Below are positions 9,791-21,800 of a stretch of DNA of 64,000 nt, one piece after another. The position numbers and the translations under genes were made by a program. The stretch's first letter is position 1. Each line of letters opens with the position of its first letter. The notes beneath the pieces are model-generated. The model saw only the letters and a list, made by a program, of their open reading frames with translations, did not search any database and was not told where the DNA came from. Origin of the DNA: Microbotryum violaceum (taxonomy: Eukaryota). The stretch is from the NCBI GenBank assembly GCA_001244265.2, contig CDLV01000014.1, forward strand, positions 806,001 through 870,000, given 5' to 3'.

Positions 9791-11543
9791 TTATAATGAT
9801 GCCAGATTCCAAGGAAGTTGTCGCGCTAGTTCCGCAGCATCATCATTCATCGAGTCGTCGATCTTCACTGGGCGCTTGACCAATCGACGCGCGGCACTTC
9901 GTGCCGAACTAACTGCCTTTGAAAAAGCCAATGCTCTTCGCCATATGTGCAATCCGAGACCAAACGTTGCGCACGCGACATGGTTCAGTGGATTAATAAT
10001 AGACGCCACGCGACCCAATTCCCGAATGGGGTCGACGGACGTCCCTGCAAGTGCTGACATCACAGCGAAATGATTCGGCGGCGCGCGCGCGCGCGCGCTC
10101 GCAAGATCTTCGATCCTTGCCGAATTATGAGACACGGCAACTTCCTTTGCCTTCTGATGGCGATCGAGCGTGTATCGAGCGCCGATTTCCGAACTTGACT
10201 TGTGCCACCGTTGCGTTGAACCCACGGGGAATATAGGCGCTCCGTATCCGGTGACTCCGGGACAGAAGAAAGAGAAAAGAAAGAATGAGCTCACCCTTTG
10301 TATGGCGTCGACCCAACGTTGGCGTTCATCCAAGCGTCGTTGGATCTGCTCGGTCGGTCGGTCGAAAAGATCTTCGACGTCTTCGGGCTCGAGAACTCGA
10401 GACTCAGCTTCATCAAGTACAGGCTTGAACAAGGTTGAGAGCAATTCCGAAGTCGCTGCCAGGGCTGGCTCGAAGAAGAAGGCTGTGACCGCGACGTCGG
10501 GTCAGCATGCGCTTGGGCTCTAGACAGGGGTTAGCAACTCACTGCGAATCATCTTCCATTTCTTGCCCGTGCCTGCCAAAGAAATGGAATGATGAGCTTT
10601 AGAGTGTGGAAGGCAGCAGTCAGGGTCGGATGCACTCACGACTGCGAGGTGTGTAGCGCTTCGTGCCCATAAAATATTGTGCAAAAGCGGGATCCGGCTC
10701 GTCGGGGCCTTCCAGAACCAGCCTGTCCGGAAACAATCTCGTCATCAGGGTGACACAGAGTCAAAGGCGATCTCCGGAAGGGAAATTATCTTACTTTGAT
10801 CGGAAGCAAGAGGAGCACAGTCGGGCCCGTAAGAACCAGTCGACTTTGCGAGCGTTTCCCTTTCCACACCCCTGCATACCGCCGGCTCACGAAGAGCTGT
10901 AATGAGGCCCAGTTGGTTCGGTATCTTATACAACGCTCTCGATTACAACGTACCCTGCAAGTCCTGCCAAACGCCAGGTTCGCCAATTGCACTTGTCCGA
11001 TCGGTATAGTGAGGTCCCAGCAATCGAGCTGTGGCAATTGCTCGGCCTCGCGCGCTCGAGTCCACAGCGACGACGATCCGCCGGAATTGAGCATCCATTG
11101 ACGCGTCGATTTGGATACGCGGGTCAGCGATAGCAACGCCGGCGAGGGGAGATGGGTTGCAATCTAGATGTTTGCGATCCGAATCTGATAAGTGTGCACA
11201 CTTCTGATGGGGAGCAGTGAGTGGCGGGGGGTCACTCTAGGCAGTCTAGGCTCTAGCTCGGGTGGACTCGCCAGTTGAAGCAGTTCGAGGGGCAGCGACT
11301 CGAAGCGAGATATCGCGGCTTGCTCGCGAGATCTGTTTCGTTGCTTCCGAGGTTGTTGCGGTGTAGCTGCGCTTCGTGGTCTTCATGTCAGCCCAGCTTG
11401 AACGAGCGGGGGCCGAAGTCGAGGGAGTGAAAACGTCACACGAGCACTGCACGTGACGTGGACTCCTGGTTTGCAGTGAGGGGCGGATGGGATCGCAAAA
11501 AGCTCGACGTACTCTCGCTGCGGGCCTCTGTTGCCTTGGACAT
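9791..11543 (-). CDS. F-box protein (multi-exon)
   Basis: Spliced N-terminus MSKATEARSE/TTPQQ...FESLPLELLQL/IATHLPSPALLSLTRVSK...LWTRAR...FGRTC, a typical basidiomycete F-box followed by a Cys-containing region. The 3' end is uncertain. Confidence 0.65.
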
Positions 11544-11879
11544 GTTGACTTTGTGGCCGTGCACACGACTGACGTAAAGCAAGGGTGTCGCTCTGAGAGA
11601 GCGGGCCAGCGGGGGGTTACCGTGGGCTTGACCGCCTGTGCGAGCGCGTACAACTGCATACAATCCTTTGAAGCTGAGTGTATGCGCCCGAGGAGCGCAG
11701 CACCGGGCGCGTCCGTCGAGCCAGGCCAGTCGAGCCAAGATGGCTTTCGGTCACTGCTGCGTCGCAGCATCCAGTGGCACCATCGAAGCGGGAGTAGTGC
11801 TCAGACTGCGAAAGCACGCGTCACATAAGCACTGCACATCGCTCGACACGAGGCCGACATGGCCACTGCGGCGGGACAA

Positions 11880-14800
11880 ATGAGCGCGAGCATGCTCGAA
11901 CCGAGGGATGCCGGCGCCGCGACTCGACAAAGTGCAACGGCGGGAGCTGGAGCGGGCCCCAGTACAAGCACCAACGCCAACACCGGTGCCGGTGCCGGGG
12001 CGAGTACGACCGACTTGGCCAACTCGGAGTTTGTCGAGACGCGTTCGGTCAGTCTCACACGACGGGTAGTCGTCTCGTTGGCGGCTGAACGTATCGGAGC
12101 TGACCGGCTCACCGGCTGACCGGCTGACCGGCTCACCTGCCATCTCCCCCACCCCGCCCCACCCACACATACTCGTTCACTCGGCAACGGATGCGATGCG
12201 CACACCGTAGGTCACCCTCGAGTGGAAAGTCACCAATCTCAAGGTCTTGTTCGAGTCGAGCAAAGGCGACACCAAGAGCAAGTGTGTCAAGGTCAGTCGG
12301 GGCAGCCAAGTGCCGGTCGGGCCATCCGCCAGCCGAGTCGCTCACCTCGTTCGCCACGCTCTCGCCCAGTCGGCTCTGTTCGACAACCACCGATGGCAAA
12401 TTTTTCTGTACCCCAACTCGGGAGTAGAGCAATACGTATCACTCTGTCAGTCCATTGCTCCAGAGCGCATCCTTGTCGCCCGCTCCAACTCTGGACTGAC
12501 CCCCACATCACACGTCCCATCCTCAGATCTCTCGTGCGAACCGACCGCCATAGAAAAGGAGCGCGGAGCCGCCGAGAGGGCCGGTTGGTCCCCTTCCAAC
12601 ACGACCACGAGTCCTCCTCCCGGATCTGCTGTTGGAGGTGCCGCAGCAGGGCGTCAATCGGGCGCTTCCGGCGCGCTGTCCAAGGACGTCAAGGGTCCGT
12701 GGCGCCGCGAGGGCAACTTCAAGTTCACCTTTGAGGCGAGTCACCAGGGCCGAAGCTGCTTACATCCACTGTCAAAACATCCAATCTAGGGCTCAAGCTG
12801 ACTGGGGGTCATCACACGCTCTCTTTTAGGCCCGCACCGTCGATCGACGCATGACGTTCAAGCAAATGGAAGCCAACGACCACTCCTTTTCCGACTCGGC
12901 TCGCAACTGGGGCTACGCCAATTTTTGGAAGCGTTCGGATGCGTACTACAACAACTCTCAAGTGCGCCTTGCCGATGCCTTCCTCATCTCGTGCACGATC
13001 GTCTATTCGCCGACGCCGCCGACGCCTCCTCCTTTGCCGAGGTTGTTGATCCCCAAGGACCTCGTCGCGGCGTATGCGGCCATGTTCGACGACCCCGACT
13101 ACTCCGATGTCGTTTTTCGGATACGTCCCTCCAACCGCCCGAATGTACGAGAGAAGAGGCTCTACGCCGCCAAGAAGATTTTGGCCGGACGATGCGAATA
13201 CTTTGACACGAGTAAGTGCTGTCGATCTCTCCCAGAACATGCGCATCAAATTTTCGTGCTGAGCAAACTGCTCAAATCTTCTTTTGTCAACCTTAGTGTT
13301 CAACTCGGGCTTTCACGAGTCGTCGTTGGCTCATGTGTCTCCGATCACGGGCGGGCCGAAGGCGAGCAGCTCGCCCAGCCAGTTCGCCGAACTCGACGAC
13401 GAAGACGAACTCGACTTTCCCGAGTCGGACAATGAGGAAGACGACGACTGGGATGAGGATGACGACTCGGATGTCGATGACAGCCAGGCCGACGACGCGT
13501 CGGATGAAGATGCTCAATCCGATGGTGCGGCCCCGGAGGTAACGCAGACCGACCTGTCAGCTTCGCTTCCTCGTCGCGATGGTGGATCGACCGGCCAGCT
13601 TCTTCCTGCCCAGACTGTTGGCATGGATCGAGGTAATTCGTCATCGTCTTCAGTGGGCGAACAGCAATCAGGACCCTTGATGGCGATCGCTAATCAACCG
13701 AGATCGGACCATGGTTTGCGACCGTCCTCGGCAGCGATCTCGGATGATGAAGGGGAACGACCGCGTCGCAACGACGATACGCACCGAGCTCTTTCAGACT
13801 CAGACGAGGGCGCTGAGGATGGTGGGCACCGTACCCCCGAACGAGCCGCGAGGGCTTCGAGGGACGGAGGAGCGCTGACTTTTGTCGACGCACCCGTGGC
13901 CCCTGAGTCGCCCGTCAAACCTGCGACGACGAAGAAGGCTCGCCCCGGCCGTAGGGATAACTTTGGATCGAAAGCAAGGTCGAGGGCTGTTGACTCAAGA
14001 CCTAGGTTCGAGGTGGTGGTCACTGATGTCGCGTGAGTGTTTGAACCTCATGACCAGGGGCTATATTTGACTGCGCGCAAGAGTGCTCACACTGGTGTTA
14101 TGGCCCTTCTTCCGCCCTCAGCTACCACTCGTACCGCGCCCTTCTTCACTATCTCTACACCGACTCGATCACCTTCGCACCTCTGGCCTCCACGTACCAC
14201 GTCGCCAGGGATGTGGCTCTCGCCTTCGACACCCCCTTCCCCTTCTCGAGTCGACGCGCCTACTTGCTCGCGAATACGCCTTGGCCGCAGTCGAAAGGCG
14301 GGGCAGGGCCTTGTAGCGCCAAAGCGATGTATCGTTTGGCAGATAAGCTTGGTTTACCCGAACTGAAGGAGAGGGCTTATGAGCGTGAGTTCGGTCACGT
14401 TCCCGCGTCGACGGGGCCAGTGGTCCTAAGCAAACCCTTCCGTTCCTGACGCAATACAGATATCGTCAAATCACTCACCGCCCAGAACGTAGGTCGACAA
14501 TGCATAGTTCGAAGAGTGCTGCACTCTCTTACGGGCCTGCTGTTTTTGCATCTCATTCAGATCCCCTACGAAGTGTTCGGCTCTTTCGCGGCTCGGTTCG
14601 ACGAGATCAAGCGCGTCGAAATCGCCTTCTTGCTCGAACGCTGGAACGATATCAAGGCGTCGCATGGGCTGCGCAAGGTGTTTGCTTTCATTCGTGGGAA
14701 TCGATTCCCAGGTCAGTATCATTCTGGTCGCTGCCGGACGCCTACGGCCGCGTAGGGAAAACCCTGGGCCTTTATTTGGCTCTGCGCTGACTGATGTCTG

Positions 14801-14905
14801 GTCTGTGCTCCAAAAACAGGTTTCGAGGAGGTGTGGTTGCGCATCATCGACCACTTGGAAGTCAAGATGACCCCTGGGATCGAAGGGGACGACATGAGGA
14901 TCTGA
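11880..14905 (+). CDS. MATH-like/BTB-POZ domain protein (putative cullin-3 adaptor), multi-exon
   Basis: VTLEWKVTNL, WQIFLYPN, LSCEP and NWGYANF (MATH-like). MFDDPDYSDVVF...LYAAKKILAGRCEYF, YRALLHYLYTDSITFAPL and SAKAMYRLADKLGLPELK (split BTB). Confidence 0.85.
12099..12137 (+). repeat. Tandem 8-mer (GCTGACCG/GCTCACCG), about 5 copies, in the first intron of the BTB gene
   Basis: gctgaccg gctcaccg gctgaccg gctgaccg gctcacc read directly. Confidence 0.85.
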
Positions 14906-15364
14906 ATAAGGGGCATGGCTGTGTCGGGGGGGGGGGGGGGGGGGAAGGGGGAGCTTTCTATGATTCTGGGTTCGGACCGCTCCACGCTTCGCTGTAGCTG
15001 ATTCTTCTGTATAGTGTATGGTGCTTTTTTATGTACTTCCTTTGTCTGTATGTAAATGATGCCAACTCGTTGACGTGTCTCACCCCTCTTGCGACCTCTG
15101 GACCCTGAACGTGGTGCTTTCATCGTTGAGACTTAACCACGGCGACGTTTGCTGCTCTCCTTCAACGAGGGGCCCTCCCATCCCACCAAAACTCCGCTCC
15201 AGTCTTTCAAGTAAAGCATACAAGGCAATCTTGCCCTTCGAATTCCATGCAAAATCCAAGCGCCCTCGACGACCCCAAATCTCTTCTGCGCCTCCTCGAA
15301 AACGCGGTCGCAGTAGAAAGGCACCTCCTCGATCCACAACCCAGCGCTAGAGGGATTGTTGAGT

Positions 15365-16061
15365 TCAAAAGGGCTTGTCCGAGTCCGGGGTCGTGTCCTT
15401 GAAGTAGGCCGAGATCTGCAAGAGGAAGGAGAGACGACGCGGTGAGCACTGTTTCAAGGTCGGGGCACTCCTTTGGGGGTTCCGCCGTCGAAGATCAAGC
15501 GCGGGGGAGACGTTGGATGATAACGTACGACAGGGATCTTATCAAGAACTGTGGTGATCGATGGTGGAGGGTAGGCATCCGACGAGGACAGAAGCACGTC
15601 GCGATGGCAGGTGGTCCGGAGATGAGGGAGAGCGCGCGAGTCAGCTCCAGCAAGCGGGCTCTCACAAAAGTCTCAAGTCCTTGTCGAGAGCTTGAACGGA
15701 CACTGACCATCGTGTTGGAAGAGCGGGATGGGCGAAAGGAACAGAGCGCCCGCACCGGCGAGGCCGACGCCCCAGAGAGCCAACGGCACACCCCATCGCG
15801 CGGCACCTGAATAGAGGGAAGTACAAACCACATGATCAGTCAGGAGCGCATGGGGCAGGGGACGAGCTCAGAAGCTCAGTCACGATGCCAACGCACGAGC
15901 GGGGGTGAAGCCGAGCAGGTTCGGTTGAGGCTTGACAGGGGCGGCGGAGAAGCGGTGGCTGTTGTTGGGGCGAGCGTGGTAAGGGTGTGAGCACGTGCGT
16001 CGATGCTGCGAGTGCGAATGCGAGTGCGAGTGCGTGTGAGGTGGGGGACTTACGCGGCCAT
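15365..16061 (-). CDS. QCR10: Ubiquinol-cytochrome c reductase subunit 10 (small multi-exon gene, absent from the ORF track)
   Basis: Spliced peptide MA...PQPNLLGFTPA...AARWGVPLALWGVGLAGAGALFLSPIPLFQHD/VLDKIPV/ISAYFKDTTPDSDKPF*. This matches the basidiomycete Qcr10 pattern of one TM helix and a D-x-T-P-x-x-D-K-P-F end. Confidence 0.85.
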
Positions 16062-16593
16062 GGCTCAGGATGGACTGCAGAGAGGAGGGCTGTGAACGAC
16101 GACGGTTTGGTTCGGTTGGTGGCAGTGTTGGCTCAGGCGCGAGTTGCGGAGCTTACCCAGGCTTACCCGGCCCTACCCGGCGGGCGTCAGCGGGCGTCAG
16201 CGGGCGTGGGTTGGCTCAGGCGTGGGCTATACTCAGCCTATTAGGCGCGGTCGTCGGGGCCAATAGGCTAGAGCACTACAGAGTAATACGCACGTCAGCG
16301 AGAACTCGGCCTTTAGCTCTTGCATCTGTTCCTGCAACGTAGCACGCACTCTTTTCCTTTTCGTTGTAAGGCGATCAACATCCCAGGCACGCCGCAACCA
16401 CTTGATGAAGCTGAGAGCCTCCCCTCATCGAGCCACTGCAGTGCAAGTGCAGTCGTCTAGCAATAAGCAAGCGCCCCTCCCGTGTTCACCTGACAACCGG
16501 CAGCTGATCGGATCGCGACAGCTTTCTCGAAACTTGGGACGGCTCAAAGCAATCCCGATCTTTACGGCCGACGACACTCGTCATTCCTGCAAT

Positions 16594-17622
16594 ATGCCAC
16601 CCAAAACATCCACACAACTTGGAAATGGCGATGCTCCGAGTCCAAGACCTCGCAAACGCGCCCGCACGACGATCGACCCTTCCGAATCGGAGCAGGTCAC
16701 TCGTCTCGATCCCAGCTACCGACTTCCCTTCTTCCAGGCTCACGTGTACTATGTCCCCGAGTTCGTCGATCCTGATGTAGCTACAAAGTGGTACGACGAA
16801 CTGCTAGTGATCCCGGGATGTGAGTGGCCGTCCCGCACGACCCTTGCTTCCTGAAGGCGAGGAGTGAAAAATTGATCCCGGAGCTCTTCTTGAACGCCTT
16901 CCACAGGGTATCAACCGACGCTAAAAATGTACGGTAAGTCGATTACGCAGTCCAGAAAGATCTGTGGTCAGTTTTTCCCGCCCTTGAAGTCACCCGCCTT
17001 GGACACTGAAGGAAGAAAACCCTTCTTTCTAGCGTATGCGACCGATCCTGCTCTCACCGTCAAGTACAGCGGCACGACGGTCGATATGCGATACGACTAC
17101 CCACCGGTCCTGTCCGAAATCCAAAAGATGGTCGAAGAAGAGCTAGGTGTCTCGTTCAATCATTGCATGTTGAACCTATACGCGGATGGTACGTCCCCGA
17201 CTGGCCCCTCATTGAAAAGATGCCGAAGGTGGCGGGCACCACCACGATGGCACTGACAAAGTTTTGCATGATCGGTAGGCAAAGTCTACATCGGGAATCA
17301 CCGCGATAACAAAGAAAACAGAGTCATCGCCTCCGTCTCATTGGGAGCAGAACGGACCTTCATCATGACCCATGCTCCTCCCGCAAATTATTCTCGACGG
17401 GACAAGGGCGAATCAAAGTCTGCTACGATACCACACAACTCGGACCACGAAGGAGAAGAAGACGGGTCTGTACTGCTAAAGTCCCACAAATGGAAGCTTC
17501 ACCATGGATCCTTGGTCGTGATGCAAGGGGAGACTCAGACGTACTGGAAACACGAGATTCCGAAAGAGCCAAAGGTCAAGGGAGGGAGGATTAGTCTCAC
17601 GTTTCGGCAGTTGGTGTTTTGA
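16594..17622 (+). CDS. AlkB-family 2-oxoglutarate/Fe(II) dioxygenase (ALKBH2/3-like)
   Basis: FNHCMLNLY, HRD iron ligands (YIGNHRDNKE), IASVSLGAERTF, GSLVVMQGETQTYWKHEIPKE and RISLTFRQ. Confidence 0.9.
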
Positions 17623-18875
17623 CGATCATTACACGCCCAATTTGCAGTGTCTGGCAAGGTTTGTAGATTGCATGCTGCCCGCAAAAAACACCGATTGAAG
17701 AATGGCACAGGCCAGCTGCGGGTAGGGACATCACCAAGCGGGCCGGGCTTCCACGGCGTCTCAGATCTGAGGCGAACCCGCGCCGTTGAATCATCGTCTC
17801 GGAGACGGATTACGCAAGCAGTTCGTCTGCGCTAATTCTACATGTTGGTGCGATGTTTCGAGATGTTGCGCTCCTATTTACCGTTGGGCGTATTGGTGAA
17901 AGCGCGGGGATTCGCAGTTGAGCGAAGGACTCGGGACCATTAGCCGAGGACTGCCAGAAGCGGCGGGAGAAGGTCCAAGTTCGGAGCCTCGACGACGCTG
18001 ACAGACCACCTCTCGGTTCACCGTAGCAAGCTCATGCGATGATGAGTTATCTCGTCACCGTTGGCTCGTTCTGCGTAGTCGTTATCCTCGTTTGACGGCA
18101 TCGCGGAAGAACCTGAAGGATAAGAGTCTATCAAGAGAGCTTCGGGCTTCTGCAGTCGCGTCAGGCTTGTGTGCATGATCCGAGTGATCAGCACGGACTT
18201 CACACGAACGAAACCAGTCTAGGAATCCAGTAGTAAAAGGGGGTAGCTGGATGGCTTGAGCTACTTCTTTGCGACTGTACAAGAGTAAACTGAGTTGGTA
18301 CGCAATCAGCCGCAATCGGGGCAAAAACGTGAGATTGGCGCTGCAGCCGATCGCCGCGGCGGCCGTTCCAGCGAGGCAGGGGTTAGTCCCGGTCGGTGTT
18401 TTGCAGCAACGTTACGCACGTTCGCAATGGCTACACCAGCTCAGTGGGCAGTGGATGCATACAGGATGTGCAAGGTAACCATGACGCACGACACACTGCA
18501 GTACAAATGCAAGGGGGCAGTGATGCTTCGACACAAGTTGAGATTTGGATTGACATAGGGAACGAACGAGACAAGAGCAGATGAAAGAGGGAGTCAGGGC
18601 ACCAGAGAGAATATGGGCTCAACGTTGAATTATGTAGGTAGGTTAGGGTGAGCGAAAGAACGGGTGCTAAGACAAGCTTGGAGCCCTTCTCGCAGACAAA
18701 AAGGGGGAGGATGGAGGACGACGAATAAACGGAGGACGAAGAGCGATCAAACACGTCCACCATCACAAACAGAATGACGATCTATATTAAACAGAAAGGG
18801 AAGAGGGCTATGTCGAAACAAGGATGCGATGCACGGTCCAGAAAGCAACCGGATGCGTGGCGAGTGGCGACTCGC

Positions 18876-21800
18876 TTATGCGGGGCGCGAGCCAGCACGG
18901 GAGAGCTGGGCACCGGCCGAGGCGGCTTGGCGCGACGAGAACCTCGACAACTCGTTTGGCGAGATCGAAACCTTCTTGCCACCCAGACCGACCGAAGCCT
19001 GAGCACGGCGCAAGAACGAGGTTCGGTTCGAGTAGAGCGAAGCGGTGCGCGATTGGGTGCGGGTCATGGGTACACCTGTGTCCTGGACGGCGGTGCGGGC
19101 CTTGCGCGACGCCTGGTATTGGCGAATGATGGCGCGCATGCCGAACTTGACAAGATCTGTGGATGGGCGCAGGTCAGACGTTAGCGAGAGCAGCTAGGGT
19201 TCAGCGTGAGCAGCCGGAAGACGTACCCAAGGGGAAGAACTGCGCGAGAGGAGAGGAGGGGCAGAGGAGGAACGAGCATGAGGCGAATCAGCGACCGAGC
19301 GTCGATGTGAGCGAGCGAGAAGGGCCATAGGACGCGAAAGACTCACCCAGACGATGTTCCAGATCCAAACAAAGCCAATGTAGCCTCCTGAGATCGATGA
19401 AACAGCTGTGAATGACCAAGAGCCGTAGGCAGCTATGATTGACGAAACGAGTTGTGCCAAACAAAAGGCACCAAAGAGTGCGAGGGAAGGACGTTCGAGG
19501 AAGAACCATCCGTGAGATCGGGTGATGAAAATGAGGGCCTGCGAGATCTGGGCGACCTGGAGGTAGATGATCATGTGGATCTTGGGGTCGTTGGGGTCCG
19601 AAAGTTGTTCGAGACCGAGCTTGTCGGCGCAGAAAGAAGTATCCATGACGACCAAGTAGCAGGCGATGGTGCCAACGGCGAGGTAAAGACCGTAGGCGAC
19701 GGCGTAAGCAAAGATCTCGGCCAAGTCCCACGAGTCGGGCGTGTTCGAGGGCAACACACGATCAACGGAGAGGGTCATGATCGTACCATCGTTGAGCAAG
19801 GCAATGATAAGAACCATGAAGGGAGGGAAGTCGAAGCGGAAGGCAAAGGCCATGATCGCGAAGCCGACGACGATACGGATCGTGACGGCGCAGGCGTAGA
19901 TCGAGTAGTTGCGCATACGTTGGAAGATGACACGCGATTGACGGATGGCGTGAACGATGGTTGACAGTCCGGGTTCGGTCAAGACGATATCGGCAGCACC
20001 GCGAGCGGCATCGGTGGCGCCTTCGACGGCGATACCAACGTTGGCACGGGACAAGGCGGGGGCATCGTTGGCACCGTCACCGGTCATGGCGCACAAGTGA
20101 CCGAGGGCCTGGAGGCGCTTGACGATCTCGTACTTGTGTTCGGGGAAGACACCGGCAAATCCATCGGCATCCAGGATCATCTCGTCGAGCGAAGCGTGCT
20201 TGCCACCTTCGGGGAAGCCACCGGTTTGCAGGACCTTGGCGGGGTACATGTGTTCACCGAGGCCGAGACGGCGACCTGTCTCCTTGGCGATGGCGAGCTG
20301 ATCACCGGTAACCATCTTGACGCGGACACCGAGGGCTTGGGCATCGTCGATCGTTTGCTTGGTGTCTTCACGAGGGGGGTCAAAGATGGCAAGGAGACCG
20401 ATGAGTTCAAAGCCGTCACCCCTGTCCTCGTGGTTGCCCGAGGGAACGTTCTCGAATGCGACGGCGAGGGCACGGAGACCACGCGCGGCGAATTCCTCGA
20501 CATCCTTCTCGAGCTGGTCCTCGACCTCGTGGCTCTTGTTGCGCGAGCACAATTCGATGATGACACCGGTCATACCCTTGGTGACACGCTTCATCTTGCC
20601 GGTAGACTCTTCGATGTAGGTAATTTCGGTACGCTTGTCAGTGGGGTTGAAGGCCTTGAAGTCGACCAACTTGATACCCTTGCGCGCGAGCGAGATGTCG
20701 CCACCAATGGCACCAGTAACGCAGGTGTCGATGGCGTCCATGTTTTCCGTTCGTGAGGCGTACGCAGCGTGGAGGATGACGGTCTGGGCATCCATCTCGG
20801 AGTAGGTCTTGAGGGTCGTCAAATCGATCGTGAGCTTGTTAGTCGTGAGCGTACCGGTCTTGTCGGAGCACAAGATCGTGACACCGGCGAGTTCTTCGAT
20901 GGCGGTGATACGGGTGACGATGGCTTTGTACTTGGCAAGCTGCTGAGCACCGACGGCGAGCGTGACGGACAAGACGGTGGGCATGGCGATGGGGATACCA
21001 CCGATCAAGAGGACGAGGATGCAATCGAGGCCACGGCGGTACGAGTAGTGGAACGCGGGGTATAAAATGACGATTTCGAGGACAATGAAGAGACCGATCG
21101 AGCACAAACAGAAGAGACCGATCTGGGCGAGAATCTTCTGCAAGTGACCAGTCGAGTCGTCATCGGCACCGACGAGCGAGGCAGCGCGACCGAAAAAGGT
21201 GTTGGCACCGGTAGCGATAACGACACCCTCGGCTTCACCTTGCTTGCAGATGGACGACGAGAAGCACTGGTCCCCGACCTTTTTGCCCTGGGGCAACGAT
21301 TCGCCGGTGAGACCCGCTTGATCGATCGAGACCGTGATGGCATCGTAAAGACGGCAATCGGCGGGGACAATGTCACCGATCTTGAACGCGATCACATCAC
21401 CAGGGACGAGGTCGGCCGAGTCGATTTCGTTCCAGACGCCGGTGCGGCGGCACTTGGCCTTGGGGGCAAGCGATTCCATGAGGGCCTTGACAGCATTACC
21501 AGCAGATCGTTCTTCGTAGTAACCAATACCAGAGTTGATAAAGAGCAGAAGGACGATACCGACGAAATCTTGCCAATCTGGCGGCTTGCCTCCTCCGTTG
21601 GAGAGGGCGATGGCAACCAAGGCCGCGCCTTCCATGACCCACGAGAGGGGGTTCCACATGAAGCTGCGAGAGATGCAGAAGGGGCAAGGGTCAGCGTCTG
21701 ACTGGGCTCGGCGCGGCGACGACAAAGAATGGAGAGGAGCGCGGGAGGATGCGTGCGCTGATTTTCGACGCTACGTGGGCCAATTCCCAGAGCGGAATGT

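Noticed and set aside
10081-10098. (GC)9 run with Z-DNA potential
   Set aside because: Simple microsatellite with no further evidence of function.
14926-14951. G-run after the BTB gene stop (G-quadruplex potential)
   Set aside because: Homopolymer only, length unreliable, no supporting context.
19452-21701. Long plus-strand ORFs opposite PMA1
   Set aside because: Antisense shadows of a codon-biased gene.
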